The notes: generated by a model not told the origin, from the sequence alone. DNA of 38,582 nt from an uncultured Gammaproteobacteria bacterium (GCA_964456955.1 CAYWDC010000001.1:1-38582), one strand, 5' to 3'. Numbered from the stretch's first letter, positions 16,760 through 29,575 are shown. Numbers and translations: made by a program.

Positions 16760-17710
16760 TTATTTGCTCTGTAACTGCTGCAAATTGTTATCCTCAGTTG
16801 GATCGACTCGAGATATGTTTTTACTAATCAGCTGCTCTTTCTTTTCCCACAAACGGTTTAACCAGGCTTGAAAATGGATACGAAATGCACGATTGTTTTG
16901 GTAATCACCACGTAGATCTGCGGGGATTTTGATTATCTCTATGTGCACGATGATATGTTTCATTTTTCCTTGTAAAAATGTCCAGCTAATGTGCTTGGGT
17001 TGTGAATAAATAATGGTAACATTTAAAATGGTATCGATCTGTTCTGCCATGCTTGCAACAACCTGAGCAATACCAGAAGCTTTTGGTTTTAACAAGTGTT
17101 TGTAAGGAGATCGTTGTTGCTGTTGTTTTTCTGCAGTAACGCGTGTGCCTTCAACGTAATTGATCAAGGTGACAGGCTTACCACGAAAACGCTCACAGGT
17201 TTTGCGGGTGGTGTCCAAGTCTTTATTGCGTTGTCGAGGATGCTTTTTTAAATAAGTTTTACTGTGTCTTTGCATGAAAGGATAACCCATAATCCAACAA
17301 GCTTGTCCGATTATCGGTACCCATAATAATTCTTTTTTCATAAAGTAACGCAACTGCGGAACAAGACGATCCAATACCTTTTGCAATACAAGAATATCGA
17401 GAAAACCCTGATGGTTGGCGATGAGTAAATACGACTGTTTTTTGCTCAGGGGTTCTGTACCTGTCACATGCCATTGCGTGCGTGTGGTTAAACATATTAC
17501 CCAACGTAATGTTTCACTCCACAGCGATGGTATTTTAAATAACCGATTGGTGATTTGTTGGCGCCATGCTGGTATTGGCGTAATTAACCATAATAACATC
17601 ACCATGAAAAAAATGATTGCTAACAATACGCTAAACCCAACATAAAGCAAGAATGCAATGATGGCGAGTAGCGGACCGGGTAGAAGAGCTAACATACGTA
17701 TCTTTGCCAA
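16760..17710 (-). CDS. yihG: YihG-like lysophospholipid / 1-acylglycerol-3-phosphate acyltransferase
   Basis: 316 aa. An N-terminal TM segment, the HX4D motif NHQGFLD and the motif NYVEGTR are present. The protein is collinear with E. coli YihG over its whole length (WVPIIGQACW, FMQRHSK, HPRQRNKDLDTTRKTCERFR, LLKPKASGIA, GDYQNNRAFRIHFQAWLNRLW). The start could be TTG 17710 or ATG 17695. Confidence 0.85.
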   Translation of the reverse strand: MAKIRMLALLPGPLLAIIAFLLYVGFSVLLAIIFFMVMLLWLITPIPAWRQQITNRLFKIPSLWSETLRWVICLTTRTQWHVTGTEPLSKKQSYLLIANHQGFLDILVLQKVLDRLVPQLRYFMKKELLWVPIIGQACWIMGYPFMQRHSKTYLKKHPRQRNKDLDTTRKTCERFRGKPVTLINYVEGTRVTAEKQQQQRSPYKHLLKPKASGIAQVVASMAEQIDTILNVTIIYSQPKHISWTFLQGKMKHIIVHIEIIKIPADLRGDYQNNRAFRIHFQAWLNRLWEKKEQLISKNISRVDPTEDNNLQQLQSK

Positions 17711-18083
17711 CTAACCAGCAGAATAACGTCGGTACGGTAGTTGGTTAATATTGCAGAGCAGTGTCAATAATATCGTACTTAGCATGTTAGTATTCTTGAT
17801 CAGGTTTTTTCATCTTGCAAATAACGCGGTTACGGTTTCACGTGAGTGTGCCAAAGATAATGTATCTTTGATAGATTATGACTTTTGCAATACGTGGACG
17901 CGAATTGTAGTAGACACTCATGACAAAACCTTATGTCTCGTGCTTATAGTCAGCAGCCCACCAATTTGTACAGCAAGCTTGCGCTTTTTGCAGTAAAATC
18001 GCCGTTCTCACGTATTGGGCCAAAAACCGGTAGAGCAATGTCTGCTGCGTATAATGTATTATTGCGATACAGAAAAGAATCCA

Positions 18084-18215
18084 TTACGATCTTGACGCAG
18101 GTTTGCTAGGCTGTTTTGACAGTAAATACAAAGGACCGCTTTGCCCACAACTGATCAGACTAATGCCAGCAGCAAATAAAAGCAATGTCAACGTAATGTT
18201 AGCAATGGTTTTCAT
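18084..18215 (-). CDS. lptM: Small lipoprotein LptM (YifL/LppL family)
   Basis: It is absent from the ORF track because it has only 43 codons. Hand translation gives MKTIANITLTLLLFAAGISLISCGQSGPLYLLSKQPSKPASRS. A signal peptide ends in the lipobox LISC, followed by the family signature CGxxGPLY (E. coli YifL ...LTGCGLKGPLYFP). Confidence 0.6.
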   Translation of the reverse strand: MKTIANITLTLLLFAAGISLISCGQSGPLYLLSKQPSKPASRS

Positions 18216-18277
18216 ATGTTGAAGTCTATCAAATTAACAGTGGTAATGAAACTGCAAATCGTTTAGCATTCTTAATT

Positions 18278-18943
18278 ATGACAGAAAAATTGGAAACTAT
18301 AGCGTTTAATACCGCGCCAACCCCACAGGCGTGTGTGATTTGGTTACATGGTTTGGGTGCGAGTGCCGATAATTTCGTACCTATGGTGTCACAATTGCAA
18401 TTGCCGCAACGCTTAGCAGTGCGTTTTGTGTTTCCGCAAGCGCCTGTGCAACCGGTAACTATTAATCTTAAGCATAGTATGCCAGCATGGTATGATGTGT
18501 TTGGTCTTGCATTAACCAGCAAGCAAGATGAAGCTGGGATCCGTCGTGCCGAGGCACAGCTTAGACAATTAATTCAATCGGAAATTGCGGCTGGCATCTC
18601 AAGTGATAAAATTATATTAGCAGGATTTTCGCAAGGTGGTGCGTTGGTGTTACACACGGCGTTGCGTTATTCGCAAAGATTAGCTGGGGTGATAGCCTTG
18701 TCGGCATATTTACCGCTTGCGGATTTGCTTGCTGATGAGATCAATAATGCAAATCGATACCTACCGGTTTTGCTTGCTCATGGCAATGCCGATAGTGTAT
18801 TGCCGCAAGCAGCAAGTGAAATGAGCCGAGCTTATCTAGAAAAACTGGGATGTTCTGTAACATTTAAAACCTATAATATGGCGCACCAAGTCTGCGATGA
18901 AGAGATTATTGATATTGCTATTTGGATGCAGCAAGTTTTGTGA
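18278..18943 (+). CDS. Carboxylesterase / lysophospholipase-type alpha/beta hydrolase (Pseudomonas carboxylesterase II / APT1 family)
   Basis: 221 aa. ACVIWLHGLGAS, RFVFPQAPVQPVTIN, the nucleophile elbow GFSQGG and the late HG/H residues match the phospholipase/carboxylesterase family. Confidence 0.85.
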   Translation: MTEKLETIAFNTAPTPQACVIWLHGLGASADNFVPMVSQLQLPQRLAVRFVFPQAPVQPVTINLKHSMPAWYDVFGLALTSKQDEAGIRRAEAQLRQLIQSEIAAGISSDKIILAGFSQGGALVLHTALRYSQRLAGVIALSAYLPLADLLADEINNANRYLPVLLAHGNADSVLPQAASEMSRAYLEKLGCSVTFKTYNMAHQVCDEEIIDIAIWMQQVL

Positions 18944-19060
18944 ATTTTGTTAAACGTTTAGCAATATCAGTATCGTACTCAATATGTTTTAGGACTATTG
19001 ATAAAAATTGATCAGCGACTTTTCCGTGCGCATTTTTTATTTATGGTTATGCTATGACAA

Positions 19061-19543
19061 TCAATCTCTAAAATTCTCAAACTGCAACGGTAAGCTGAAA
19101 TTTTTTTCTTTTAATGCGACTATTACACCTTGCAAATCATCACGCTTTTTGCTACTGACGCGAATTTTCTCACCCTGGATGGTCGCTTGCACCTTGAAAT
19201 TCGCATCTTTAATGAACTTAACGATTTTTTTTGCTGTGACGTGATCTAAACCTTGTTTCACTTCGAGAATCAATTTGGCCTGCGCTAGATTTTTATCCAA
19301 TGGTTGTGCATGCAGCGCACTGATGTCGATACCGCGCTTGATGAGTTTAGCATCAAGAATATCTTTCATTTGTGTTGTTTGAAATGCTTCTGGCGCATTG
19401 ATGATAACGGTGTTATCCGTAAATGCAAACGTTGCTTCGATGCTTTTAAAATCGAAACGGTTCTTCAGTTCACGCTTGGCCTGATCGACGGCATTCATTA
19501 GCTCATGGGTATTGACGGTTGATTCGATGTCAAATGATGGCAT
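19061..19543 (-). CDS. yajQ: YajQ-family nucleotide-binding protein (UPF0234)
   Basis: 160 aa. MPSFDIESTVNTHELMNAVDQAKRELKNRFDFK is the canonical YajQ N-terminus. Confidence 0.9.
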   Translation of the reverse strand: MPSFDIESTVNTHELMNAVDQAKRELKNRFDFKSIEATFAFTDNTVIINAPEAFQTTQMKDILDAKLIKRGIDISALHAQPLDKNLAQAKLILEVKQGLDHVTAKKIVKFIKDANFKVQATIQGEKIRVSSKKRDDLQGVIVALKEKNFSLPLQFENFRD

Positions 19544-19550
19544 AGCACTC

Positions 19551-20048
19551 CTATTTTGGTACGATGGTTAATATATCAGTAAACAGTTTCTTGTTTGGCA
19601 CTAGATGGGTTTTTCCTTCAAAGATAAGGGTAGTGTGGCGCAATTCAATTTTTTCGACCACACCTTCTACACCACCGACAGCGATGTAATCGCCTTTTTG
19701 AATGGTATTATTAAACAATAAAAATGCCCCAGAAACTATATTGCTGAGCAAATCTTTTAATGCATAACCGACAGTAAAGCCAAGTAAACCGGCGCTGGCA
19801 ATCAGTGCGCCGAGGTTAACACCTCCGGCACCTAATGCAGCGATTAGGCCAATTAAGAGAATGCTATTGCGCATGACTTTACGGGTTAACTTCAGCATTT
19901 GCTGATGCTGAGTGCCAATGATTTTGTGCAACATGCGGACAGCGATCTTTGCTATCAGCCAAAAAATAACAAAGACGATAACGGCGTAGATAATGTGTTT
20001 TATCATTATTGGCACTTGATTCCACAAATCCATCAAAGGTTGCTGCAT
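19551..20048 (-). CDS. Short MscS-family mechanosensitive channel-like protein (TM region plus beta domain only)
   Basis: 165 aa. The pore-helix-like LIGLIAALGAGGVNLGALIASAGLLGFTVGYALKDLLSNIVSGAFLL is followed by the beta domain IQKGDYIAVGGVEGVVEKIELRHTTLIFEGKTHLVPNKKL. These correspond to MscS TM3 and the middle beta domain. The protein ends where the MscS C-terminal alpha/beta domain would begin. Confidence 0.7.
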   Translation of the reverse strand: MQQPLMDLWNQVPIMIKHIIYAVIVFVIFWLIAKIAVRMLHKIIGTQHQQMLKLTRKVMRNSILLIGLIAALGAGGVNLGALIASAGLLGFTVGYALKDLLSNIVSGAFLLFNNTIQKGDYIAVGGVEGVVEKIELRHTTLIFEGKTHLVPNKKLFTDILTIVPK

Positions 20049-20223
20049 GTTGTTCCTATAACTATTTATCGCTAATATTAAATAACTTTTTATACTTTAT
20101 GGATCGTAATTTCATTTGCGTGTACCATTGTTTGTTAGCAAATATGTGTCTATTTTAGGCCTATAGAGGGTGAAATGCGCACACACCAGAGTGGTTCGAC
20201 CTCTGCATAAAAAAACCAGTTGC

Positions 20224-20775
20224 CTAACCCCAACCAAATACCATCAGCGGTGTGGCGATGAAGCGGATAAAGAATTGTAATAGAATTAGCACTGGAATAG
20301 GTGAAAGATCGATACCACCGATAGGTGGAATGATGTGCTGAGCAGGGCTCAATAATGGTTTTGTTAAATAGTATAGTGCTTCTTGCAATGGCGTAGTACT
20401 GTGGTTTACTATCGAAATCCAGTTTAAAATCACATAGGCAATGATTCCCCAGAAGAAAATCCTTGCTGTTAAGTAACACAAATTACCAACAACGGCAATT
20501 GCCAAATGACCGATGTTTGGTAATGTTTGCTTGTTTATCCATATGAGTAACAGCAATTGCAGCGTACTGATTAAGACAATAACCAGCAAACATGACCAAT
20601 TGAAATGACCTTTGCTAGTGAGGATCGATTGCAGTGGTTGTAGCACTGGTTGGGTAAATTTTACTAACCAATGGCAAATAAGGTTGTGCCCACTAGCTCC
20701 AGTCCATTCCAGGAGCAGGCGCAACATCAAAATGATTAAATAAAATTGTGAAATAAGATTTATGACAGACAACAC
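20224..20775 (-). CDS. yggT: YggT-family inner membrane protein
   Basis: 183 aa with two YGGT repeats (LIILMLRLLLEW...FTQPVLQPL and a second half ...LTKPLLSPAQHIIPPIGGIDLSPI). The size matches E. coli YggT. The start is GTG. Confidence 0.8.
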   Translation of the reverse strand: MLSVINLISQFYLIILMLRLLLEWTGASGHNLICHWLVKFTQPVLQPLQSILTSKGHFNWSCLLVIVLISTLQLLLLIWINKQTLPNIGHLAIAVVGNLCYLTARIFFWGIIAYVILNWISIVNHSTTPLQEALYYLTKPLLSPAQHIIPPIGGIDLSPIPVLILLQFFIRFIATPLMVFGWG

Positions 20776-21251
20776 GTAACTTTATTACTCCTTAAAATTA
20801 AATAGCGTTAATTTACCCCAGGCTTATAGTCTGTAGAAAAAAATGCATGAAAAATACATACTACGATGGTACCTCTAGCAAACATTGTACTAAATTTGTG
20901 CCGACAAGGTGTCTAATGTAAAATGTTCTTGTTTAGTTGTTAACATACGATGTTGCTTTGATCATAAATAACTATTTCTACTTTGTGCAAGATTAACGTA
21001 TTTTTACAAGATTGTCATTAAATCGAATAATTTTATGGCGTTAATTACCTGATACATATTGCTAGAGCCTAGATCATGACCGCTGCAACTTGGCTTTGCA
21101 TCGATCGGTATCAATGTTAACTTATGCCAGCTTTAGTATTAATGCAACAAAATATGTCTTAAATCTTATTAATTAATTACAATGAAGACATTTAACTCTA
21201 TAGGCTACATTAAGTTAGTTGTTACCTGTGTAGTTTTTTAAGGAGCCGATC

Positions 21252-21674
21252 ATGGAAAGTCAAAAAATCATCGACAAATTAAACGGTATGCTAGAACAAG
21301 AACTTGCCTGTGCAATTCGCTATGCTACGCACGCGGCAGTTATTACTGGTCCCTATGCGGAAACGGTGGCGGAGCGTTTAGCAGAAATAGCCACTGATGA
21401 GATTGAGCATGCGAAAAAATTACGTGAACGAATTACCGCTTTAGGTGCAAAACCAAGCATGAATGTTTCCACCGCTGGTCTAAAGTATGCTGATAAACTT
21501 GATGAAATTTTACAAATCAACATCGATGAGGAAAAACACGCTGTTGCTGGATATATTGATATTCTCGCAGAGATACCTGAAGAAAATGTCATTCTTTATC
21601 GTACCGTAGAAGATATCATTCAAGACGAACAAGAACATCTTGAAGAATTAGAAGTGTTAATTACTACGCATTAA
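21252..21674 (+). CDS. Ferritin-like di-iron protein of the bacterioferritin fold (no heme-ligand Met)
   Basis: 140 aa, with AAGGAG 6 nt upstream. It shows a Bfr-like pattern: IIDKLNGMLEQELACAIRY, then the ExxH pairs DEIEHAKK and DEQEHLEE, plus DEEKHA. At the position of the Bfr Met52 heme ligand (DEMKH) it reads DEIEH. Confidence 0.7.
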   Translation: MESQKIIDKLNGMLEQELACAIRYATHAAVITGPYAETVAERLAEIATDEIEHAKKLRERITALGAKPSMNVSTAGLKYADKLDEILQINIDEEKHAVAGYIDILAEIPEENVILYRTVEDIIQDEQEHLEELEVLITTH

Positions 21675-21812
21675 GTATTATTATATATCCCTAAAATACC
21701 TATTGACTAATGTGTGCAAGGCCAATGCTTTAATTATGATTGTAATATAGATGCACTGTTGCATTCAACGGTCAACTTAACAATGTGACACTTCGGACAA
21801 GTGAACATGGTA

Positions 21813-22847
21813 ATGAATGTAGTCAGCCTATTGAAACAGGCAAGTTTGCAACACGCTTCAGATGTGCATTTTGCTACCGGACAACCACCGTGGTTGCGAG
21901 TCGATGGGCAATTACGCGCCCTTGAGCCAGCGGCATGTAGTGATGAGGACATGAAGATATTGTTGCAGACGGTGATGAGCACCGAGCAACAACAGAAATT
22001 TACTCAAAGGCGTGAGCTCGATTTTGCATTTACTATCGAAGATGGTATGCGCTTGCGTGTAACTGCTTTTCAACGGCAAAGTGGTAGCGCAGTGGTATTT
22101 CGTTTGTTGCCACGACAAATTCCCTCATTAGTGAAACTGCATTTATCACCAGTTTTTACAACGGTTTGCCAATATACACAAGGATTAGTATTGGTCACTG
22201 GCGCGACCGGTTCAGGCAAGAGCACCACGTTAGCGGCGATGCTGGATTATATTAATCAAACGCAGGCAAAACATATTATTACCATTGAGGATCCCATAGA
22301 ATTGGTGCATACGGTAAAACGGTCATTGATTAATCAGCGTGAAGTGCACACGCATACGTATAACTTTAGCCATGCTTTGCGCAGTGCCTTGCGCGCAGAT
22401 CCAGATGTGATTTTAATCGGTGAATTGCGTGATCTAGAAACCATTCGTTTGGCATTGACTGCTGCAGAAACCGGACATTTAGTCTTCGCTACTTTGCATA
22501 CACAAAGTGCGGCGAAAAGTATTCATCGCATCGTTGATGTTTTTCCTGGGGGAGAAAAGGAATGGGTACGTTCCATGTTGGCAGAAAGTCTCCGTGCCAT
22601 CATGGCACAAACATTGTTGCCCAAGATGGGTGGGGGACGTGTTGCTGCACAAGAAATATTATTATGCAATTCGGCCGTACGTAATCTTATTCGTGAAAAT
22701 AAAAGCGCGCAAATCTATTCGCAAATGCAAACTGGTGCTCGCGACGGCATGCGTACGCTAGAGATGCATATCAAAGAATTGCGCACAAAGCAACTTATTA
22801 GTGCGGCTACTGCCCAGCAATACATAACTGATGTTGCAGGTTATTGA
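21813..22847 (+). CDS. pilT: Type IV pilus retraction ATPase PilT
   Basis: Walker A is GATGSGKST. The Asp box, Walker B (DVILIGELRD) and His box (TGHLVFATLHT) are present. The protein is collinear with P. aeruginosa PilT. ATG 21813 gives 344 aa, the same as PilT, whereas the track ORF begins at GTG 21801. Confidence 0.9.
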   Translation: MNVVSLLKQASLQHASDVHFATGQPPWLRVDGQLRALEPAACSDEDMKILLQTVMSTEQQQKFTQRRELDFAFTIEDGMRLRVTAFQRQSGSAVVFRLLPRQIPSLVKLHLSPVFTTVCQYTQGLVLVTGATGSGKSTTLAAMLDYINQTQAKHIITIEDPIELVHTVKRSLINQREVHTHTYNFSHALRSALRADPDVILIGELRDLETIRLALTAAETGHLVFATLHTQSAAKSIHRIVDVFPGGEKEWVRSMLAESLRAIMAQTLLPKMGGGRVAAQEILLCNSAVRNLIRENKSAQIYSQMQTGARDGMRTLEMHIKELRTKQLISAATAQQYITDVAGY

Positions 22848-22997
22848 TTCGGATATCTACCCACTGTAATAACTGTAATTAAGCTGCAGTATTTTCACTT
22901 GACTACAAGGGATAACACATTGACAATGAATTCGTTGCTGATGTCGCGCTATTGCGTGAATGCTACTTATTTTCTCTGCAATTGCTAAAGACATGCA

Positions 22998-23026
22998 TTG
23001 CTTATCTCCTTATAAAAGATTATACT
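22998..23026 (+). promoter_or_regulatory. Candidate sigma70 promoter of the atp operon (TTGCTT, 17 nt, TATACT)
   Basis: The -35 TTGCTT lies at 22998-23003, followed by an exact 17-nt spacer and the -10 TATACT at 23021-23026, 85 nt upstream of atpI. This is a sequence match only. Confidence 0.35.
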
Positions 23027-23110
23027 GCGAACGAAATTACACATCAAATCCTTGAGGCTAGAGCAGCAACTCCTGGAAAAGTCTAAGGATTGTTTATTAC
23101 AGGGTGACAG

Positions 23111-24629
<1,519 letters not shown>

Positions 24630-24731
24630 TTTGGGTGTGTGACTATGTACAATTTGCAATGTCTGTTCAGAGTAAGCAAGCGATATTTTTTGTTAGCAAT
24701 CACTATCGATAATTGAGGATGCGTGGGGCCG

Positions 24732-25205
24732 ATGTCAATCAATGCTAGTTTAATCGGACAAATACTTACCTTTGCCATCTTCGTATGGTTTTGCATGAAA
24801 TTTATTTGGCCGCGCCTAATGCATACAATAAAAGAGCGACAGAAAACCATCGCTGATGGCTTGGCGGCGGCAGACAAGGGCCACCGCGAATTGGCAGCAG
24901 CCGAACACAAGGTATCGGTGATGATCGATGAAACAAAACAAAAAGCTGGAGATTTACTGGCGGCAACACAGCAACGAGCAGATCGCATCATTGAGGAAGC
25001 AGAGGCGCAAGCCCGCAAACAGCAGGCACGTATTGTCGCACAGGCACAGGCCGACATTGACCAACAGATGGATGAAGCGAAACGCAAGCTTTATGCAGAG
25101 ATAGGTGAATTAGCGGTGTTAGGCGCAGAAAAAATCATTGCGCGTAATATTAATGCGGGTGACGAGGAGCAACTGCTCACTGAATTGCTGGCCGAGCGTG
25201 GCTAA
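24732..25205 (+). CDS. atpF: F0F1 ATP synthase subunit b
   Basis: [44 protein letters not shown] parallels E. coli AtpF [44 protein letters not shown]. The track ORF starts at GTG 24723. Confidence 0.95.
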   Translation: MSINASLIGQILTFAIFVWFCMKFIWPRLMHTIKERQKTIADGLAAADKGHRELAAAEHKVSVMIDETKQKAGDLLAATQQRADRIIEEAEAQARKQQARIVAQAQADIDQQMDEAKRKLYAEIGELAVLGAEKIIARNINAGDEEQLLTELLAERG

Positions 25206-25206
25206 T

Positions 25207-25743
25207 ATGCTACACACTATGACGTTAGCAAGACCCTATGCACGCGCAGCTTTTGCCTATGCGCACGCGCATAGGCTAGTAGATCAATGGGCAGAAGCAC
25301 TACATGATATCGCTTTGCTTATTGCCCATGAAATCGTTGCCGAATATTTAGCGAATCCTAAAGTGTCGTCGCAGCAGGCAATGCACTTACTAAAAGAAAT
25401 TTTTGCTGACATTATCGATAAACCCTTAGAAAACTTTTTACGCTTATTAGCAGTAGCACGGCAATGGGATTTGTTACCTAATGTGTTCAAGCTATTCGAA
25501 CAGTATGCTAATGATGATCGACAAACAGAAACGGTAAAAGTTTATGCGGCAAGAACGTTGTCTATAGCGCAGCAAAAAAAATTGCAGCGTGCTTTAACAC
25601 ACCGTTTAAAAAAACAAATGAAACTGGATTGTAACATTGTTCCAGAATTAATTGGCGGTGTTGTGATTGTTACACAAAGGTGGATTTTAGACGCCTCGGT
25701 GAAAGGTCGGTTGCAACAATTAAAAGCAAGATTAGTGGGATAG
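25207..25743 (+). CDS. atpH: F0F1 ATP synthase subunit delta
   Basis: ATG 25207 lies 1 nt after the atpF stop. [14 protein letters not shown] matches the OSCP/delta N-terminus (E. coli ITVARPYAKAAFDFA). 178 aa. Confidence 0.9.
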   Translation: MLHTMTLARPYARAAFAYAHAHRLVDQWAEALHDIALLIAHEIVAEYLANPKVSSQQAMHLLKEIFADIIDKPLENFLRLLAVARQWDLLPNVFKLFEQYANDDRQTETVKVYAARTLSIAQQKKLQRALTHRLKKQMKLDCNIVPELIGGVVIVTQRWILDASVKGRLQQLKARLVG

Positions 25744-25747
25744 AATA

Positions 25748-27292
25748 ATGGCATTGAATGTGGCAGCAATAAGTCAGATTATTAAAGAACGGATTGAAAC
25801 ATTTGATGCGATCACAGTAGCACGTTCTGCAGGGACCATTGTCAGTATCAAGGATGGTATTGTCTCTGTTTATGGCTTGACAGATGTGATGTATGGTGAA
25901 ATGGTTGAATTTACCACTGGCGAATTTGGACTTACACTCAATTTAGAGCGTGATACGGTTGGCATTGTGGTGTTGGGAGCAACCGCAGGTATTGTTGCAG
26001 GACAAAGCGTCAAATGTACCGGGCGGGTGCTGCAAGTGCCGGTCGGCAAAAGCTTACTGGGTCGTGTGGTCGATGCCCTTGGCAATCCCATTGACGGTAA
26101 GGGGCCAATAGCAACCACCGAAAGCTTACCGATTGAAAAGATCGCACCAGGGGTGGTGGAACGCGAACCGGTGACACAACCATTACAAACAGGTTTAAAG
26201 ATTGTCGATACGCTAGTGCCAATCGGCCGAGGACAACGTGAGTTGATCATCGGTGATCGGCAAACTGGCAAAACCACGGTGGCGCTTGATACATTTATTA
26301 ACCAAAAACATACCGGCATAAAGTGTATTTATGTCGCTATTGGGCAAAAAGCTTCATCTGTTGCTGCGTTGGTGGAAAAGCTTAAAAAACACGATGCATT
26401 AGAGCATACCATTATCTTGTGTGCCAATGCCGCAGATTCGGCAGCATTGCAATTCATTGCACCTTATGCTGGTTGTGCCATGGGAGAGTATTTTCGCGAT
26501 CGTGGTGAAGATGCGCTGATCGTTTACGATGATCTTACAAAGCAAGCGTGGGCATATCGACAAATTTCTCTATTGTTACGTAGACCACCAGGTCGCGAGG
26601 CCTATCCTGGTGATGTGTTTTATGTTCACTCGCGTTTGTTAGAACGTGCAGCACATGTCAATGCGGAATACGTAGAGAAAATGACAAATGGTGAAGTTAA
26701 GGGCAGGACTGGTTCATTGACCGCCTTACCGATCATTGAAACGCAAGCAGGTGATATTTCCGCGTTCGTACCGACCAACGTGATTTCCATCACCGATGGA
26801 CAAATGTTTATGGAAAGCAATTTATTTAATGCCGGTATTCGTCCGGCGCTTACTGCTGGTTCTTCGGTATCGCGGGTAGGGGGGGCGGCACAAACCAGTA
26901 TCATTAAGGAACTCGGTGGTCAGATGCTCCGCCTAGCCTTGGCACAATATCGCGAATTAGAAGCCTTTGCACAATTTGCCTCCGATCTTGATGAAACTAC
27001 GCGCAAACAATTGCAACATGGGCAACGTAGCAGGGAAATTTTGAAACAGCCAGCGTATTCGCCGTTGAGTGTGGCACAAATAGCACTAACGCTATTCGCT
27101 GCAAATCGCGGTTTTCTCGATGATATCGCTGTCGATAAAGTGGTTGATTTTGTGGCAGCGCTACAATATTACGGTCATGATAAGTATCAAGCTCTGCTCG
27201 ATAACATCAACGATAACCCGGTGCTCGATGCAGAGGTTGAAAAAAATCTGCACCATATCCTTAGCGAATTTAAGCAAACGCAAACCTGGTAA
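25748..27292 (+). CDS. atpA: F0F1 ATP synthase subunit alpha
   Basis: 514 aa. Walker A is GDRQTGKT, with typical alpha motifs throughout. Confidence 0.97.
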   Translation: MALNVAAISQIIKERIETFDAITVARSAGTIVSIKDGIVSVYGLTDVMYGEMVEFTTGEFGLTLNLERDTVGIVVLGATAGIVAGQSVKCTGRVLQVPVGKSLLGRVVDALGNPIDGKGPIATTESLPIEKIAPGVVEREPVTQPLQTGLKIVDTLVPIGRGQRELIIGDRQTGKTTVALDTFINQKHTGIKCIYVAIGQKASSVAALVEKLKKHDALEHTIILCANAADSAALQFIAPYAGCAMGEYFRDRGEDALIVYDDLTKQAWAYRQISLLLRRPPGREAYPGDVFYVHSRLLERAAHVNAEYVEKMTNGEVKGRTGSLTALPIIETQAGDISAFVPTNVISITDGQMFMESNLFNAGIRPALTAGSSVSRVGGAAQTSIIKELGGQMLRLALAQYRELEAFAQFASDLDETTRKQLQHGQRSREILKQPAYSPLSVAQIALTLFAANRGFLDDIAVDKVVDFVAALQYYGHDKYQALLDNINDNPVLDAEVEKNLHHILSEFKQTQTW

Positions 27293-27301
27293 GTATATAC
27301 T

Positions 27302-28165
27302 ATGTCGGTGGCAAAGGAGATTCGAGGTAAGATTGGTGTAATTAGAAATACGCAAAATATCACTAGTGCCATGCAAATGGTGGCAGCGAGTAAAATGCGT
27401 AAAGCCCAGGATCGCATGTATAAATCGCGTCCCTATGCGCAACGTATTCGCCAAGTAATCAGTCACATACTCAACAGCCATCCCGAATATTTGCACCCGT
27501 TTGTCAAAAAGCGAGAAATCAAGCGTGTCGGCTATATTATTGTTTCTTCTGATCGTGGTTTATGTGGCGGTTTGAATACCAACATCTTTAAAAAAGCGAT
27601 CGCTGCGATGAAAGTATGGGGTGATACAAACACCCCGATCGATTTGTGTCCACTCGGTATCAAGGCGGAATATTTTTTTCGGCGTGCAGGTGGTAATATT
27701 ATTGCAAAAGCTGCACCGCTTGGTGAAACACCACAGATTCAGGATTTAATCACCGTTGTCAACAGCATGCTTGATGCTTATCGTGAAGAAACCTTAGATG
27801 CGATTTTTATTGTTTCGAATAAGTTTATTAACACTATAAAATTCGATCCCGAAATACAACAATTGTTGCCAGTCAAGCAAATCGAAGGTGAGAGTGAAAG
27901 CGGACGTTGGGACTATATTTATGAACCTGATAACGCCCGCGCGTTATTGGATATATTGTTGGAACGTTATATCAAATCACAAATTTATCAAGCGGTGGTG
28001 GAAAATATTGCCTGTGAGCAAGCATCGCGTATGGTGGCGATGCAAAATGCAACTGAGAATGCGGCAAAATTGATTAATGAATTTCAATTAGCATATAACA
28101 AAGCACGGCAAGCAGCGATCACTGCAGAATTAGCAGAAATTGTCGCCGGCGCCGCAGCAGTGTAA
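27302..28165 (+). CDS. atpG: F0F1 ATP synthase subunit gamma
   Basis: 287 aa. The N-terminus is [32 protein letters not shown] and the C-terminus [15 protein letters not shown]. Confidence 0.95.
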   Translation: MSVAKEIRGKIGVIRNTQNITSAMQMVAASKMRKAQDRMYKSRPYAQRIRQVISHILNSHPEYLHPFVKKREIKRVGYIIVSSDRGLCGGLNTNIFKKAIAAMKVWGDTNTPIDLCPLGIKAEYFFRRAGGNIIAKAAPLGETPQIQDLITVVNSMLDAYREETLDAIFIVSNKFINTIKFDPEIQQLLPVKQIEGESESGRWDYIYEPDNARALLDILLERYIKSQIYQAVVENIACEQASRMVAMQNATENAAKLINEFQLAYNKARQAAITAELAEIVAGAAAV

Positions 28166-28174
28166 TGCAGTTGA

Positions 28175-29572
<1,398 letters not shown>

Positions 29573-29575
29573 GCC

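Noticed and set aside
17751-17996. 81-aa plus-strand ORF in the yihG-lptM spacer.
   Set aside because: It has no RBS, a Cys/Val-rich odd composition and no similarity I recognise. The region is better described as non-coding or decayed.
20185-20210. A tRNA T-arm-like string GGTTCGACC, a possible tRNA gene or att-site remnant downstream of yggT.
   Set aside because: The flanking bases cannot form a 5-bp T stem around a 7-nt loop (AGTGG against TCTGC do not pair). There is no acceptor stem or anticodon arm, and no integrase lies nearby.
20150-20479. 109-aa minus-strand ORF overlapping the 3' half of yggT.
   Set aside because: It is an alternative frame of the well-supported YggT coding region, with no independent RBS and no recognisable domain.
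22860-22900. Tandem CTGTAAT-A-ACTGTAAT after the pilT stop as a repeat element or terminator.
   Set aside because: There are only two short copies, and the best stem is 4 bp (ACTG/CAGT). This is insufficient for any call.
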